A stretch of 64,000 bases of DNA from positions 136,282,147-136,346,146 of the forward strand of contig NC_068982.1 in the NCBI RefSeq assembly GCF_001194135.2, read 5' to 3'. Shown here in pieces: positions 22,932-37,754 of this stretch. Within the stretch, counting starts at the first letter, position 1, and the number at the start of each line of letters is the position of its first letter. The stretch is from Octopus bimaculoides. Its lineage: Eukaryota. A program made the position numbers and the translations under genes. The notes beneath the pieces were generated by a model. That model made no database searches. It was not told where the DNA came from and saw only the letters and a program-made list of their open reading frames with translations.

Positions 22932-24185
22932 AGTCGTGCCTACATACACACATATGCATATGAAAGCGGACGGTGAGGAAGTAGAGAGCAGGAGAAATAG
23001 AATAAAGAAAATTACTGAAAAAAATTTACATGCGATTAAATAAACGCTCTATCGTGCAAGATTATAACGTGCAAATATAAATGGATTTTATAATACTATT
23101 TACATATTCGTCATATGTGGATACCACCAACTGACACAATTCAATATTGTTCATGAAATTACAACATTCCATCATATATAGCGATGTTTTATTAAAGTTA
23201 CGGATTTTATCTTCAGTATTCCGTATATTGCTACCGTCGGATGTAATACTTAACTAAACTCATTCTTTTATTTGCTGTGTCTCTGCCTTTAAGAAATGTA
23301 TTCTTTAGAATGATAATATTCAATAAAAATAATTTGAGCAATGTAAAAAGAAACAGGGAAATGATAATTCTCAACCAGCACTAATTCATCGGCAGTTTTC
23401 ATTTTCTTTTAGGTATATCAAGTGAAAAAAGCTGTGTTCTAAGGTCGAAGTGACTTGTTACTGTATGAAAATCTGCATGATGCTAACGTCTGTTGTTGGA
23501 TACATGCATACGCTATGATTATTTTCGTTCGTATAATTTCCTTACGTGAAAACTAAATTAAAAGGTAACATTGATAAATGAGATAAATACAAAGTAAAGT
23601 AGTATCTTCTACGTTTCGAAAATTCGTTTCACATGCCACTGATGTATTACGTCATAGAAAAGTGTCTCTGCAATAAGAATATGCAAATAATATTCTGCTT
23701 AGAAAGGAAACGTTTTCTAATAAACTATTCAACATGAACGTATATGGAATCACACTCGCACACCCATAGAAACGCAGAGGTTCATACAAACAAATCACAT
23801 ACATACGCTCAAACAGACACGCACATGCACGCACATACACATACGCATATCACATATATATAAAGACACACATATGTTTATCTATACACACACACATACA
23901 TTATATATATACTTACATATATATGTATGTATATATANNNNNNNNNNNNNNNNNNNNNNNNNNNNNNNNNNNNNNNNNNNNNNNNNNNNNNNNNNNNNNN
24001 NNNNNNNNNNNNNNNNNNNNNNNNNNNNNNNNNNNNNNNNNNNNNNNNNNNNNNNNNNNNNNNNNNNNNNNNNNNNNNNNNNNNNNNNNNNNNNNNNNNN
24101 NNNNNNNNNNNNNNNNNNNNNNNNNNNNNNNNNNNNNNNNNNNNNNNNNNNNNNNNNNNNNNNNNNNNNNNNNNNNNNNNNNNNN

Positions 24186-25440
24186 TCCCTTCATCGGAGA
24201 CAGAAAAAATAAAGTTATCTATTATTATATCCATAGGCGGATATTTTTAGTATGAAGTGGTAAAGAGTATGATGTGCTGAAAAAAGAGAGAACAGTACTT
24301 GAAGAGTAGTTTCATTCCCGTGGTAAATATCCGTGTAGAAATTCGTGCAGATTAATCCTTGTGTGAATAATCCGGAAATTTATGTTGGAACGAAAGTTTA
24401 TATAGCTTAGGTGGCAGAGGTATATATATTCCATCTTGCAATAGATTTTTGCTTGTTTACTTGAAGGATGTCCAAGCCAAGTGAAAAGTTAGTGGTAATT
24501 AGGTCAAGTCAAGACGATAGAATTTGGAAGGGGATAGAGAAGATATAGAGGCGGAGGATGGAAGCGATATATTTATGGTCAGTTAGTCTTAACAGGGTAG
24601 AGGGGAAGAGCATATATAGTGAAGGAGGAATAGGGGGATGAGGTTAAAAGGTCGAATGAGTAGGAAAGAATGCGTGTGTGTAGTATACAGGTGGTGGGGG
24701 TATGAGTGATAAACGAAGGACAGATATAAAGGAGAGGGATGGGTGGGAAAGATAGTAGTATCATATTTTTGGATGCTGCCAAGCCTATTTATAGACGGTG
24801 GAAAGGGATAGAAAGAGGTGACGTAGTCTGTTTGTGTAGGTAGTGTTCTTGTTAAATTGAGAATATGAGAATTAGATTTGGTGGTATATGTGTGGTGAAA
24901 TGATCGAAAGGAAATAATCCTATTTCAAAAAGATGGTGAAAGATGGATGTTTTTGCCAGGTTGAATATGTTGCCTATGGGGGGTTGTATTATTATGTTGC
25001 GTGATCATTTGCGCAATTTTGTTTGTGATAGAACCTGAATGTGGTTGCAGTTGCTAAACGCTTCATTATATCGATTAAGTGGGAGAATTGTATTTTAAAA
25101 TATGGAACGCCTCCGTTAGGCAAAGCTTGCAATTGGAGCGCTGGCCCTGGTATAGAGTTCCAGAGTCTAGGATGGACCATTTTAAGGTGTATTGGGTATT
25201 TTTGTTTTTGAGGTGATGAATATGATTGGCTAATGTTGTAGATTTACTATGTTTGTCGTATCTAAAAGAGTGCATGTGGGCTGCGTAGCGATGTTTAAAG
25301 TTAATAGTTGCACCAATGTACGTGGCAGTAGAGTTATGTAATAGATTTTTGACGGTGCATTTATATATTACATTGTATCTTACGCAATGTGTTTGAAGCG
25401 GGCAGATAGTCCCGGAGCGACAGTTACAAGTGTAGGAGGC
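24186..25440 (-). mobile_element. Penelope-like element 3' part: GIY-YIG endonuclease plus pLTR-like tail
   Basis: CNCRSGTICPL..C..NVIYKCTV...TYIGAT.NFKHRY..H..SF...STTLANHI...W.IL...CKLCLTEAFHIL (25075-25440). A partial hammerhead-like CCGAUGAAGGGA at 24186-24197 is cut by the gap. Confidence 0.85.
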
Positions 25441-26730
25441 NNNNNNNNNNNNNNNNNNNNNNNNNNNNNNNNNNNNNNNNNNNNNNNNNNNNNNNNNNNN
25501 NNNNNNNNNNNNNNNNNNNNNNNNNNNNNNNNNNNNNNNNNNNNNNNNNNNNNNNNNNNNNNNNNNNNNNNNNNNNNNNNNNNNNNNNNNNNNNNNNNNN
25601 NNNNNNNNNNNNNNNNNNNNNNNNNNNNNNNNNNNNNNNNNNNNNNNNNNNNNNNNNNNNNNNNNNNNNNNNNNNNNNNNNNNNNNNNNNNNNNNNNNNN
25701 NNNNNNNNNNNNNNNNNNNNNNNNNNNNNNNNNNNNNNNNNNNNNNNNNNNNNNNNNNNNNNNNNNNNNNNNNNNNNNNNNNNNNNNNNNNNNNNNNNNN
25801 NNNNNNNNNNNNNNNNNNNNNNNNNNNNNNNNNNNNNNNNNNNNNNNNNNNNNNNNNNNNNNNNNNNNNNNNNNNNNNNNNNNNNNNNNNNNNNNNNNNN
25901 NNNNNNNNNNNNNNNNNNNNNNNNNNNNNNNNNNNNNNNNNNNNNNNNNNNNNNNNNNNNNNNNNNNNNNNNNNNNNNNNNNNNNNNNNNNNNNNNNNTA
26001 TATATGTATGTATAATAAACAATAGACTGCAGAATTATAATGTTTCGCCCAAGATGAGATGATAATTTCACAAATAGTTGTTAATTATTCCCGAGGAGAT
26101 CATGTCGATTGTATCAAGTTTATAAGAGTGTAAACATTTAAATATGAATACATGCCATTATATATTTCTTCAAGTACCGAGCAACGAACAGTCTCCATTT
26201 AACACAATGAACATGCCCTCCACCCATTTTCTCATTTGCAGTCGGTTACAGTGTTTACCAGGTATTTGCTTAGCTTTTCTTGCAGCTAAAATAATGTCAA
26301 TAAATCTAGAATTTATCTTGTAAATTATTTCATATAATTTGATTTGTTCTTCTTGATTAAGTAAATGACAATGACTCGTTTGAGTTACATATCATCTTGA
26401 TTTAATTTTCTATAAATGTTATCGACTTCTTCTTTATGTGTACTAATCGTGTGCCTAGTTGAAATTAAAATACTTGGAAACATGCGCGTATATGTATACG
26501 TGTATATGCTATGCAGAAAAAAAATATTCATCACTTATTTTAATTACGCAATATATAAATAAATATAAAAGAAAATGTTGAAGCATTTGGAACTTTTTCT
26601 CAAAATTTTCGTATACACTCCCACATGTACGTACATACATACACACACACACACATACACACATGCATTCATACATACATACATACATACATACATACAT
26701 ACATACATACATACATACATACATACATAC

Positions 26731-27152
<422 letters not shown>

Positions 27153-27162
27153 TATGTTTTAT

Positions 27163-27550
27163 ATTTTACTTGCTTCAGTCATTAAACTGCGGCCATGATG
27201 AGGCACTACGCTGAAGAATTTTTAGTAGCCCCTACCACTTATTTTGTAAAACCCTGGTACTTATTCAGCATCTGTTTTGCCAAACATCTTGTTTACGGGG
27301 CATGCAATTACCCCACTAATTGTTGTCAATGGGAATGCAGGACAAACAGACACAACGACACACATACATCGATGTAAATATAAGATGGACTTCTTTCAGC
27401 TTTCGTCTACGAAATGCACTCACAAGGCTTCGGTTGCCCCGAAGCTATAGCAGAAGACACTGAACCAAATTGCTACACGGTGAGACTGAACTCGGAACCA
27501 TGTAGTTGGGAGGGAAGCAAATTTCTTACCACACAACCACAGCAGCGGCT
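27163..27550 (-). mobile_element. SINE B, older diverged copy
   Basis: The head, AAATGCACTCACAAGGCTT core and TTTTACTTGCTTCAGTCATT tail are recognisable. Confidence 0.75.
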
Positions 27551-30500
27551 ATGTATATATATGTGTGTGTGTAGGGTTTGAAGTAATTTTCGATAACTAG
27601 TTATGTAACGCTTTCAACCCGTTTCAGAGAACAATGAAGAATGATATTTTCACTGAATATTTATGTTTTTTATATGTTTGACTTCGTTGAAAAAGATCTA
27701 GAGTTTAATTTGGATGAAAAATGTTCTTTGCTATTTTGTATCTACTTGTGTGTATGTGTGTGCTTATATGTGCGTGTATGTATATGTGTCTATGAGCGTG
27801 CATGTGTTTGGTGAATCTTTGGAACCTACATTTTTTTTTTCAACTAACTCATATAAAAACTCATAGATGTTCTGTGAATAATATCACTCCTGAAACGATA
27901 TAGATAGATAGATACACACACACAAACACACACACATGCGCACGCATATTAGAAAGACCAAAACAATACAATTGTGTATTGGAAATAGTGAGTAATGCAA
28001 GCATAATTTTTTTTACGAGAGAGTATCAAGTGAATAACCGTTACCATTGAGTTAACATTAATATAGGCCAAAATATCATTAACCTTTACGCTACGGCTTC
28101 TATCGACGGAAAGTGAATTTACATTTATGTCTATGGTTGTTGCCTTCGCAACTTGCTTTACCTCCGTCTTGGCCAATCTAGGTTGAAAAGTAGTACAGCT
28201 TTGGCTCAAAGTTTCTTGTTTACTTTTTTTGAAAACTAAATAACCCACAAGTACCCTGTCTCGTGTGTTCTTTTATTAAGAAATATGTAGGGCATGTTTT
28301 AAGCGCCTTTGGTCGCTAGTTCTTACGTAAAAGTGTGAAGCTTTATTGCATCTTAACACTAACTTAATTGACAATGTGATATGTACTGTATTTATATTTA
28401 TGAGAATGCACCAGCAACTGTATTTATGACGTGCTTTTGTATTTGGTGATAATAAGTGTTGTAAACTTACTACGATGAAAGGTAAACGACAAAACGTGGA
28501 TGGGATGCGACTATTAAAAGCACTTACGTGCAGAATGTCTTATCTTAATGTACAGTTTGTAGCCGGTTGAGTCAATATTGTTGGTAGTATAACTTCATGT
28601 CAAATAAAATGTGTGCAGTTGGCTATTCTTATAACCGAATTTAGATTCTTTGTGTCATTGGTATCGCTAAAAATACTTATTTCGCAATACATAGATATTA
28701 TGCATGCATATATGCATTTATGAATGTGCATGTGCATTTTTATGTGAATACATATGTGAATATATATTAAGAATGGATCGATGGATGCATTATAAGCATA
28801 TAGGTGTGTTGTTTGAGTGTATAAATATGTTTCGCAATACGTGGTTTTACATTATATCCGTTATATTTATGCATGAATACTTACATGCAAGTAGAGAACA
28901 AGGCCCGTTTCTCTGTAATAGTTGAATGCTTCCAAAGTCAACACCCTTTACATCAATGGATTCTTGAATCTATCCTGTTCCAATGAATGCTACAAAATCT
29001 GTGATATTCCTGAAAATGTAATGCAAAGACGTTGCAACCAAAAACGTAACGAAAGAATATTATACAAATTACATCAGGCTTAACAAGTAATATGGTAATC
29101 ATATCTTTTCTCTCACGAGACAGTGATATTTGAGATACATAACTGGAAATTGAGTAAATGATTATTACAAACAACATTTCCAGAGATAAACTGGAAGCTT
29201 CTGAGAAATATCCACAGGGAAATCTACGCTAGGAAAGAAATGACTGTGCATGAAACTCTTGTTCAGTTCACATAGCCTTTAAATGATGTTTGCTTGATAA
29301 AAGCATCGGTAATATATACAATAGACATATGCGTTGAAATGAAAAGAAAACATCTGACTGTAGAACCCTTAAGATATAGAGTTCTCTTGAATGTTTGACA
29401 TAGCAGATTATTGCAGTAAGTTGCAGTAAGTGGGACAAGTTACAGTTCCGTCAGAAAAGAATGGTCCGATTAGTCCTTGTGATAAGCCGCATGAAGTCTT
29501 TCCGTAATATGCGGCTTCTCTGATTTCTTTACTACAATATGTTACATATGTTTAGTTTGGATCAATATATTTGTTATGTTTAATGAGATTTTTAAAATTT
29601 TACGAACTCTTCAGCCGAATAAAATTATGTTGAAGATATACTGACGGATCGTTTTGCTGTAGGTAGCACAGGATCATAAAATTCACATATAACAGATAAA
29701 TTCGTCCTTATCGTTTTGGTAACTGTTTAAGTCCACCTCAACCTGCTGCGTAGTTTATTTTCGATTATTGTATTTGCGTAGCATTTTTAAATGTTCTATT
29801 AATGAGTTTTCCATTGTTAAAGCTGTGTGTAATTTGGAATTTTATAAGTGTTGTTACTGCTTTAAGCAAATGTATTTTTATACCTACATCAAAGAAATTA
29901 GATTAGAATCATTAGTTGATATCATTACCATCTACCATTGTATTTCACAAAAAATAATAATTCCAATCTGGAAATAAGATTAATGACCGAGCACTACAAT
30001 AAATAAATAAATAAATGAACTTGCATATATTGCATGCGTAATAGTATATTTTTTTAACAAATGTTATACATCAGCTATGTTTCCCAATTAAAATTTTGAT
30101 AAGGTATATAAATTTTTTTTATGGCATATGGAGTTGATAAAATGTATTCTGCTACTGAGTTTTCTACAACGGTACGCAATATCTAAGAAATCTTCCATGC
30201 ATTAGCAGGTTCATGTATATATATNNNNNNNNNNNNNNNNNNNNNNNNNNNNNNNNNNNNNNNNNNNNNNNNNNNNNNNNNNNNNNNNNNNNNNNNNNNN
30301 NNNNNATATATACAGTAGTTATATTGGATAACATACGTTTAACTACATTCTAATGGAACGTATATCTAAACAACGGTGTGTGCATCTAAGCAGTAAACAC
30401 ACACACAAGTAGGCACCATCACGCAAATGTAGGAACAGTTTCTTCATGAGCATCTATTACCTTACCTTGTTCAATGAAATGTCATGGATCACCTCTCTCC

Positions 30501-31100
30501 GTTTTTGCGGTGTGTACATTACATGATGCGAAGTTATTTTTACGCATGTAAAGCATTTACAATTTTATGGCTTAAACGTAAAAACAAACTTTTCAATATA
30601 TTAAAACATGCCGCAGAGTGATTTATGCAATATAGATTTCTACTGCAGGAAAATTACTTATGCTTACACACTATTTCCCCTAGTCACCTCGTAACGTTTA
30701 ATGGAACAAATCTTATCACTATTATATTAAATAATTTCACTTGGTTTGAAGATTTCTGAAGCATTCTGTCACCTATATTACGTCACTAGTTTATTTTATT
30801 ACTCTATATTATATGTATAATCTGTATCTGTACAATAATGCAATTTAAGTTCAAACATCTCTTGCTTTCGCACTTCTACATACGTCATCAACTGTTTCAT
30901 AGAGATAAACATACTTCATTTTCATGAATCAACCTAAGCTCAAAATGATGAAAATGCGTTTGTGGAGTAAAACCTGTTTGAATAACTCATTCAACGATTT
31001 CAATACAATTACAAAAGTGTTAACATGTCCATGTAAGAATATAAAAATATATGCTACAAAGAAAGCACTAAGAATGGAGGAAAGAAAGACTAAATGAATG

Positions 31101-31133
<33 letters not shown>

Positions 31134-31174
31134 TAGATAGATAGATATATATATATATATATATTATATATATA

Positions 31175-31221
<47 letters not shown>

Positions 31222-31746
31222 TAAGAAAGGGAGAGAAATATTTGTTCAACACAATGAAAGTTTTATCAGAAACATCGGGTACAACTAAAATTTACTTTAA
31301 AATTATTCAACACTACAAGGTGTCTAATAGCGTACGTGACTTATTACTGCACGGCTGGTAATCGAATATCCAAGTTAGTATAGTGTGTTGGTGAGGTAAT
31401 ATGGAGATAACTACACAGGACAGACTCCAGTGAGTTCCATTTATTACACATACAACACTAATATATTTGAAAAATATATGGGCATTGCAGTTCCCAATCG
31501 ATTCCTTATTTTTTTAAATTTTTTATCAGCAGCACTAAAGTTAGGAATTTAGCTGACTCTAGATGATTGAAATTAGAAACGCAATTACAACCTGTTTTTG
31601 CACCTGGATATGTGTTTAAAGTAGACAGAAACTTAACGAACAAATGTTCTTTTAATCGCTGCCGTCGAGAGATTCTACATTTATTCGGAAATCATGGAAA
31701 ATAATAATGGAAGAAAAGCAGTATAATCTGTCTTTATGTATGTATG

Positions 31747-31777
<31 letters not shown>

Positions 31778-32533
31778 GTATGTATATATATCAAATGGAT
31801 GTCTTATAACACTATTACGTACATACAATAACAGCCATACCAACAATCCAACACACATCCATCATCAGCTGCCCCACGGATATCACTATGGTTTTGACAT
31901 CTGGGCAGTATTATTCAATCCGGTGTTGTCAACAACACTAAAATAAGCGTTGTTTGGGAACAAACATACTTTAGATAATACCATATTCATTCAATCTAAA
32001 TTCTAAGATGGATTAAACGACAAACATTATAAATTAAACTAGAAACCACATTTACCCCATGTACAAAAGCAATATCAATAAATTAATAATTCAATAAGTA
32101 AACCTATAACTAACTCCTAAATTATATAACTAAATAGCAACTTAGCCCTTGGAGTTCATAAAAATAATATTCCCACCGGTTTTCCATATTTATCAATATA
32201 AAAGTGAAAGCTTTTATATTGTAATCTTTCCAAAGAAAAACAAACTCGATTGAACTTTACTAATGATATAATTAATTGTAAGTGAATTACATCATTTAAC
32301 CCGGAAGTTAATAATTAAAACAATCCATATGTATTAGATATTCGTCATAATTACATGATTTAATGTTAAACTTTTACCAGGAATTTAATAGATAATACTA
32401 AAATATCCTTAATAATATATATAAAATCCTAAAGATGACCTGAAGCAATTCAGAACCCAGAAGGAAATAATTCAGCGTCACTAAAAGTCACCAAACGGTC
32501 CAATGAGCTAGAAATAGGAGTCAGTGGCTCCTC

Positions 32534-32599
<66 letters not shown>

Positions 32600-32819
32600 T
32601 TAAATGTATATGTATATATATGTGTATATATGTCTATACATATATTTGTGTGAGTGTGTGTGCATGATACCCATGTAGCTGAAATCGAAAGAATGAAAAC
32701 TGTAGACATACTGAGAGATTCGATTTGAGAATACAGAAATAAAGTTTTGGGATCAGTGCTCCACCAATTCTCGCATTTCATTGTTCTATGCAGGAAGCAG
32801 TAAATTTGGCATAAACGCA

Positions 32820-32970
32820 ACAATCAATTCAGGTGATTCCAGTAATTGATTGGTACATTATTTTCGCAGCACTGAAAACACACAAGAGAAAGTCAGCCTC
32901 GGAGAAATTCGAACTCATAATATAAGGGGAGTTAATTAGAAATTGCTAGACGTTTATTCTTCTGCGTTCC
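32820..32970 (-). mobile_element. SINE A, highly diverged
   Basis: GAAAGTCAGCCTCGGAGAAATTCGAACTCA and TTGGTAC motifs match family A. Confidence 0.45.
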
Positions 32971-33806
32971 AACTATTATGGCATCGATTAACTACAAGGC
33001 TAAAGATGACAGTTTCTAGTTTAATGATTAAACATGCTAGACATCCGTGTTTTGCAGATATTCATAAACGTCGCCTTTTGTTGAAGATCAGGACACCAAA
33101 ATCTACGTACCAAAGATAGCACAAACGTATTAAATAAATCTGGAACTACAGATATATAGAACTCACTGAAGTGTTAAACTGACAATCCGTGCGCTATTTA
33201 ATTGCTTCCTGAGTCGTGAGCTTGGGTTTTTTTTTTTAGATCTGCCACGAGTCTATGAAATGGCTTACTGCTCTGAACAGATACATTACTGTAAAACAGA
33301 TGGCTACTTTTAATAACAGTTATAAACTGAATTTAAAAGAACAACTGGGTTAAAGCAGTCTCGCGTGTGAAGTATAGAAATTGAACAGCAGATGATTATA
33401 GATTTCAATATGTAAAGTTAAATCATTGATTTCATTGACTGCAAGTGTATATACCATCAGTTTGTGTTATGGAATGAAGAACTAAGTTTTCCCATATTTC
33501 ACTGGTCTGTTTTTATAATCTGTATATTTTGTTCTAATTGAAATCTTTCCGATGTTGACGCATTCTTTATTAAATATATAAATATAAAAGCGTATATTAA
33601 ATTTAAATTTCTAACAGCAACATACATGTTTATTACTTGACTGTTATGTAACCATACATAAGTCTACGACGACTAACGTCGGCGAAGGGAAAAAACAGGT
33701 AATGTAAACTACTAATGTTTACAACGCTTGATCTGTGTTCTCGAGAGGAACCAACTATATGTCTGTTTGAACGTTGGGACTGCGTTTATTGAAATTCTCG
33801 AGCAAA

Positions 33807-34024
33807 TATTCTATTCTACTCTAGGCACAAGGCTCCGAAATTTTGGGGGAGTGTGCAAGTCGATTAGATCAACCCCTGCACGCAACTGGTACTTAATTTA
33901 TGGACTCCAGAAGGATGAAAGGCAAAGTCGACCTCGGCGGAATTTGAACTCAGAACGTAAAGACAGACGAAATACCGCTAAGCATTTCGTCCGGCATGCT
34001 AACGTTTCTGCCAGCTTGCTGCCT
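33807..34024 (-). mobile_element. SINE A, tail A1
   Basis: Full head and central domain with tail CCTTGTGCCTAGAGTAGAATAG. Flanked by AGCAAATATT at about 33795 and at 34031. Confidence 0.9.
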
Positions 34025-34040
34025 TTCCCTAGCAAATATT

Positions 34041-34270
34041 TATTTCCTTATTGACCACAAGGGGCTAAACATACAGGGGACAAAGAAGGACAAACAAGAG
34101 GATTATGTCGGTTACATCGACTCCAGCGCATAACTGGTACTTATTTAATCGACCCCGAAAGGATGAAAGCAAAGTCGACCTAGGCGGAATTTGAACTCAG
34201 AACGTAACGGCAGACGACATACCGCTAAGCATTTCGCCCGGCATGCTAACGATTCTACCAGCTCCCCGCC
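34041..34270 (-). mobile_element. SINE A, tail A3 (Tx1-LINE-like tail)
   Basis: Same head and central domain, but the tail is GTCCTTCTTTGTCCCCTGTATGTTTAGCCCCTTGTGGTCAATAA. TSD CCTTTCC(C/T)TAGCAAATATT at 34022-34040 and 34270-34288. Confidence 0.9.
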
Positions 34271-35079
34271 CTTTCCTTAGCAAATATTGTATCCATACTG
34301 CATTTGATAGGTCACCAATCTTCAATATTTGCTATACTTAGTTTCACATTGCCAGCACATTAATAAATGCCCAAGTGAAAAATGTAAACTCTATATGCTC
34401 ATTTCTTCCAGAAATAGCAGGTAAAATCATATTACACACCGACTTAAAACGGGACTTATTGGAGAGAGTGACCCTGAGATTCTTGCATATAGGGAGAATA
34501 TGAAGATGGCTCCGGTTCATATGGGCGATCTTGGGTTATACACTAACAACCATCAAACAGCTTACATTTTATTATTATACTATTCTGTGGTCTTATCATG
34601 ATGAAGACAGACTTAGTAAAATATTTAAAACATACGAACAAATAGACAGGTACATATACATATATATCACAAGACATCATCATACACATATCTTTTAAAT
34701 CCCATAGTACCTTGTTAGGACGATTAGATATTATAGTCCATTATATCGCTTCAAAAATATAAATGGTCCCACAAGGAATACATTCGTTCATAGTTTTGAT
34801 AGAATAGCAATGCCATTAAGAAACGATTTACAAGAAATTGACCGTCTGTTCCTATGAATTTTTGAATAATTCACCAATTAAACTGATCCTTTAGAGAAAA
34901 CGCTGGCTTGTTGAATTCATATATAAATATGTATAAAAATACATATGTGTGTGTGTGTTTGCGTGCGTGCGTGCGTGTCTGTGTGTGCATCCGTGTATGT
35001 CTGCGTGCGTATGTACATACACATACATACAAACACATTAGAAAAGAAAACGGTTAGATTCTTTTCGCTTAATCACATT

Positions 35080-35400
35080 ACATCGCCATCTAGAAGACAT
35101 CTCAAGTAATTCAACATTTTTATCACTGCACAGGAGGTTATGGCATCTAAAATACGTATCTCGAGTTGTATTTCATGGAAAAGTCTAGCAACAGTCTGGT
35201 ATAACTTCCCTTCTCTAGCACACAACACAGAGGGAAGCACATAAGGACCACTGTACTAAATCACCTTATTGCATGAACTGGGACCTAGCTTAGGTTTCTC
35301 AGCATATTTCCAATGCCTATAATATCACCAGGAATTTTTTTTACATTTCAACTTCTCACCGGTAATTTTCCTACATCTCACCCTCTTTTCCTTCTTTTCC
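35080..35400 (-). mobile_element. RTE-type LINE fragment, decayed
   Basis: Broken translation ...CARE.GKLYQTVAR... resembles the RTE post-RT segment. Confidence 0.4.
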
Positions 35401-35574
35401 ACTTTCTGTGTAACCCGGTGCATTTGTATTACTTCTTCATCACGCTCTTCTCTGTTCTCTAACACGTTTTCAATTTTCTGTTTCAACCGATTGATATGTC
35501 CAAGTATTGGCTAGTGAAATTCGTAAAACGTGTTAAATATATGAAATTTCATGAGAAACTGTCTAATATGTTTG

Positions 35575-35690
<116 letters not shown>

Positions 35691-35784
35691 CACGTGCAGA
35701 TTTGTATGTCTTGCTTTATGTATGTCTTGCTTTATGTATGTCTTCTCATTCATATACTTGCATATCTAGACATGCTCATATCTA

Positions 35785-36315
35785 TTTAAATGATGAAATT
35801 CTGAAAAAGTTTATGGAGTTTTACAGTTCCAGTGATGGACTGGGTCTGTATTCTTCCAATTAGCTTTCTCTTTTCTGTTTTGAGAAGCCTAATTTCTCAA
35901 GATTGATATTAGGCAGTGGGTTACATATCCCAGTTCCCCCATGATTACAGGTATAGTCCTGAACTTGTAATACGGATAGAGTAACTTCAGATTTCTCAGC
36001 ATAGGTATTCCCTATTTTACTGATCTTCAGCTTTATGTTAACATGAGCTGGGCAGCTAATTTCAACAACTGTACACCTTTTCTCTTCTCTATTAGGTCTA
36101 TCGTGCTTACGTTTTTATTGAGGTCTTCATTGCGATATTCCACCACCAAATGCTGTGGGTTCTCATTTCTCGGGGTTATCTTTTCGATGGATCTCCTTAT
36201 ACAGTGTCCTAGCTACAACACCATGTCACATCGATATGATATTATCAGGCAACTGTTTATGATGTGGGCAATATCTTTGGTGTTACCTCCACAAAGTTAG
36301 CATCGTGTTGGAGAA
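35785..36315 (-). mobile_element. R4-like RLE LINE 3' fragment (second subfamily)
   Basis: C*LCGGNTKDIAHIINSC (CCHC), WWNIAMKTSIKRKHDRP, TVVEISCPAHVNI and QTQSITGTVKL.KLF motifs. Confidence 0.75.
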
Positions 36316-36364
36316 TGCTGTTATCATCGATTAATTGGTTGATTATTTTATGAAGTCGTTTGAG

Positions 36365-36580
36365 TGTGTGTGATTGTGTGTCTGTGTTTGTCCCCCCAAC
36401 ATCGCTTGACAACCGATGCTGGTGTGTTTATATCCCCGTAACATCGCGATTCGGCAAAAGAGACATATAGAATAAGTACTAGGCTTACAAAGAATAAGTT
36501 CTGGGGTCGATTTGCTCGACTAAAGGCGGTGCTACAGCATGGCCACAGTCAAAAGACTGAAACAAGTAAAAGAGAAAAGG
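36365..36580 (+). mobile_element. SINE B, 3' half
   Basis: GTCCCCCCAACATCGCTTGACAACCGATGCTGG...GGCGGTGCTACAGCATGGCCACAGTCAAAAGACTGAAACAAGTAAAAGAG. Confidence 0.85.
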
Positions 36581-37617
36581 AGTATATATATANNNNNNNN
36601 NNNNNNNNNNNNNNNNNNNNNNNNNNNNNNNNNNNNNNNNNNNNNNNNNNNNNNNNNNNNNNNNNNNNNNNNNNNNNNNNNNNNNNNNNNNNNNNNNNNN
36701 NNNNNNNNNNNNNNNNNNNNNNNNNNNNNNNNNNNNNNNNNNNNNNNNNNNNNNNNNNNNNNNNNNNNNNNNNNNNNNNNNNNNNNNNNNNNNNNNNATA
36801 TATATATATATATATACAGATACACATTTATAATATGTGTATGTATACGTACAATCATCCACCTGCATTTGCCGAATTCGCCGTAAGTCTTTAGGATATT
36901 GTATATTTGCTGTATCATAGAGTTTTATCTGATACCAATGATATAAGAAGGCAGAATTGTATTGTACTCTTTCAACGGCTAATAAGTGTAACGCTACAGG
37001 TCATGTTGAAAGCATTGTTATGCAACCTTTTCATCTATATGCAACATGAGATCAATCTTTTACGAAAAGAGCACCGAACATCAAATCAAATTTCTTTCGC
37101 TGCTAACATCATATGGCTATCGATCTACTCATTTAACGTTCAACGTTACAGAATTATATTCCCGTCGATTAATATCGTTCAAAGGGATGATGTTATCGAT
37201 AATTTTGTTGAAATGCATTTGATACTTTTCGATGTTGTTTTTTGATGTATTTCATAATATTGATTCCATATATATATATATTTGCATTTAGCTTTCTTTG
37301 ATGTTGTAACTTAAAAATATTACTACACATTTTATTTATTGTTATTATTGTTATTTAGGTAACATTTTTTTTTGCTGTTTTTACTTTCACATATTTAAAA
37401 AGAAATGATATTTTAGGTATCATGGAAAGCTAATCAGTTTCTACTAAATTTCTAATCTTCTAACCTGCGTTTAGAGCAATATGCAGAAACAAATTGTGAG
37501 TAAATTATTTCCATATATGTACGTGTACATATATTGTATGTATGCACGTATGTATATATGTATGTATGTATGTATGTATTCATGCGTGCATGTATGTTTG
37601 TATGCATGCATTGATGG

Positions 37618-37660
<43 letters not shown>

Positions 37661-37699
37661 CCACTACACACATTTGTTTCTCTCCTTGTTTCTTTCAGT

Positions 37700-37747
37700 G
37701 TTCACTTTTGTGGAAGAGCGTAGGCTCGAAACATTACAGACTTTTTC
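37700..37747 (+). ncRNA. Degenerate hammerhead-like motif, same family as 9804-9846
   Basis: CTTTTGTGGAA-GAGC-GTAG-GCTC-GAAAC-ATT-ACAGACT. Stem II and GAAAC are intact; the core and cleavage site are mutated. Confidence 0.4.
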
Positions 37748-37754
37748 ATATACA

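Noticed and set aside
31940-32520. AT-rich stretch that might be a very old PLE or LINE relic
   Set aside because: No diagnostic motif could be recovered in any frame.
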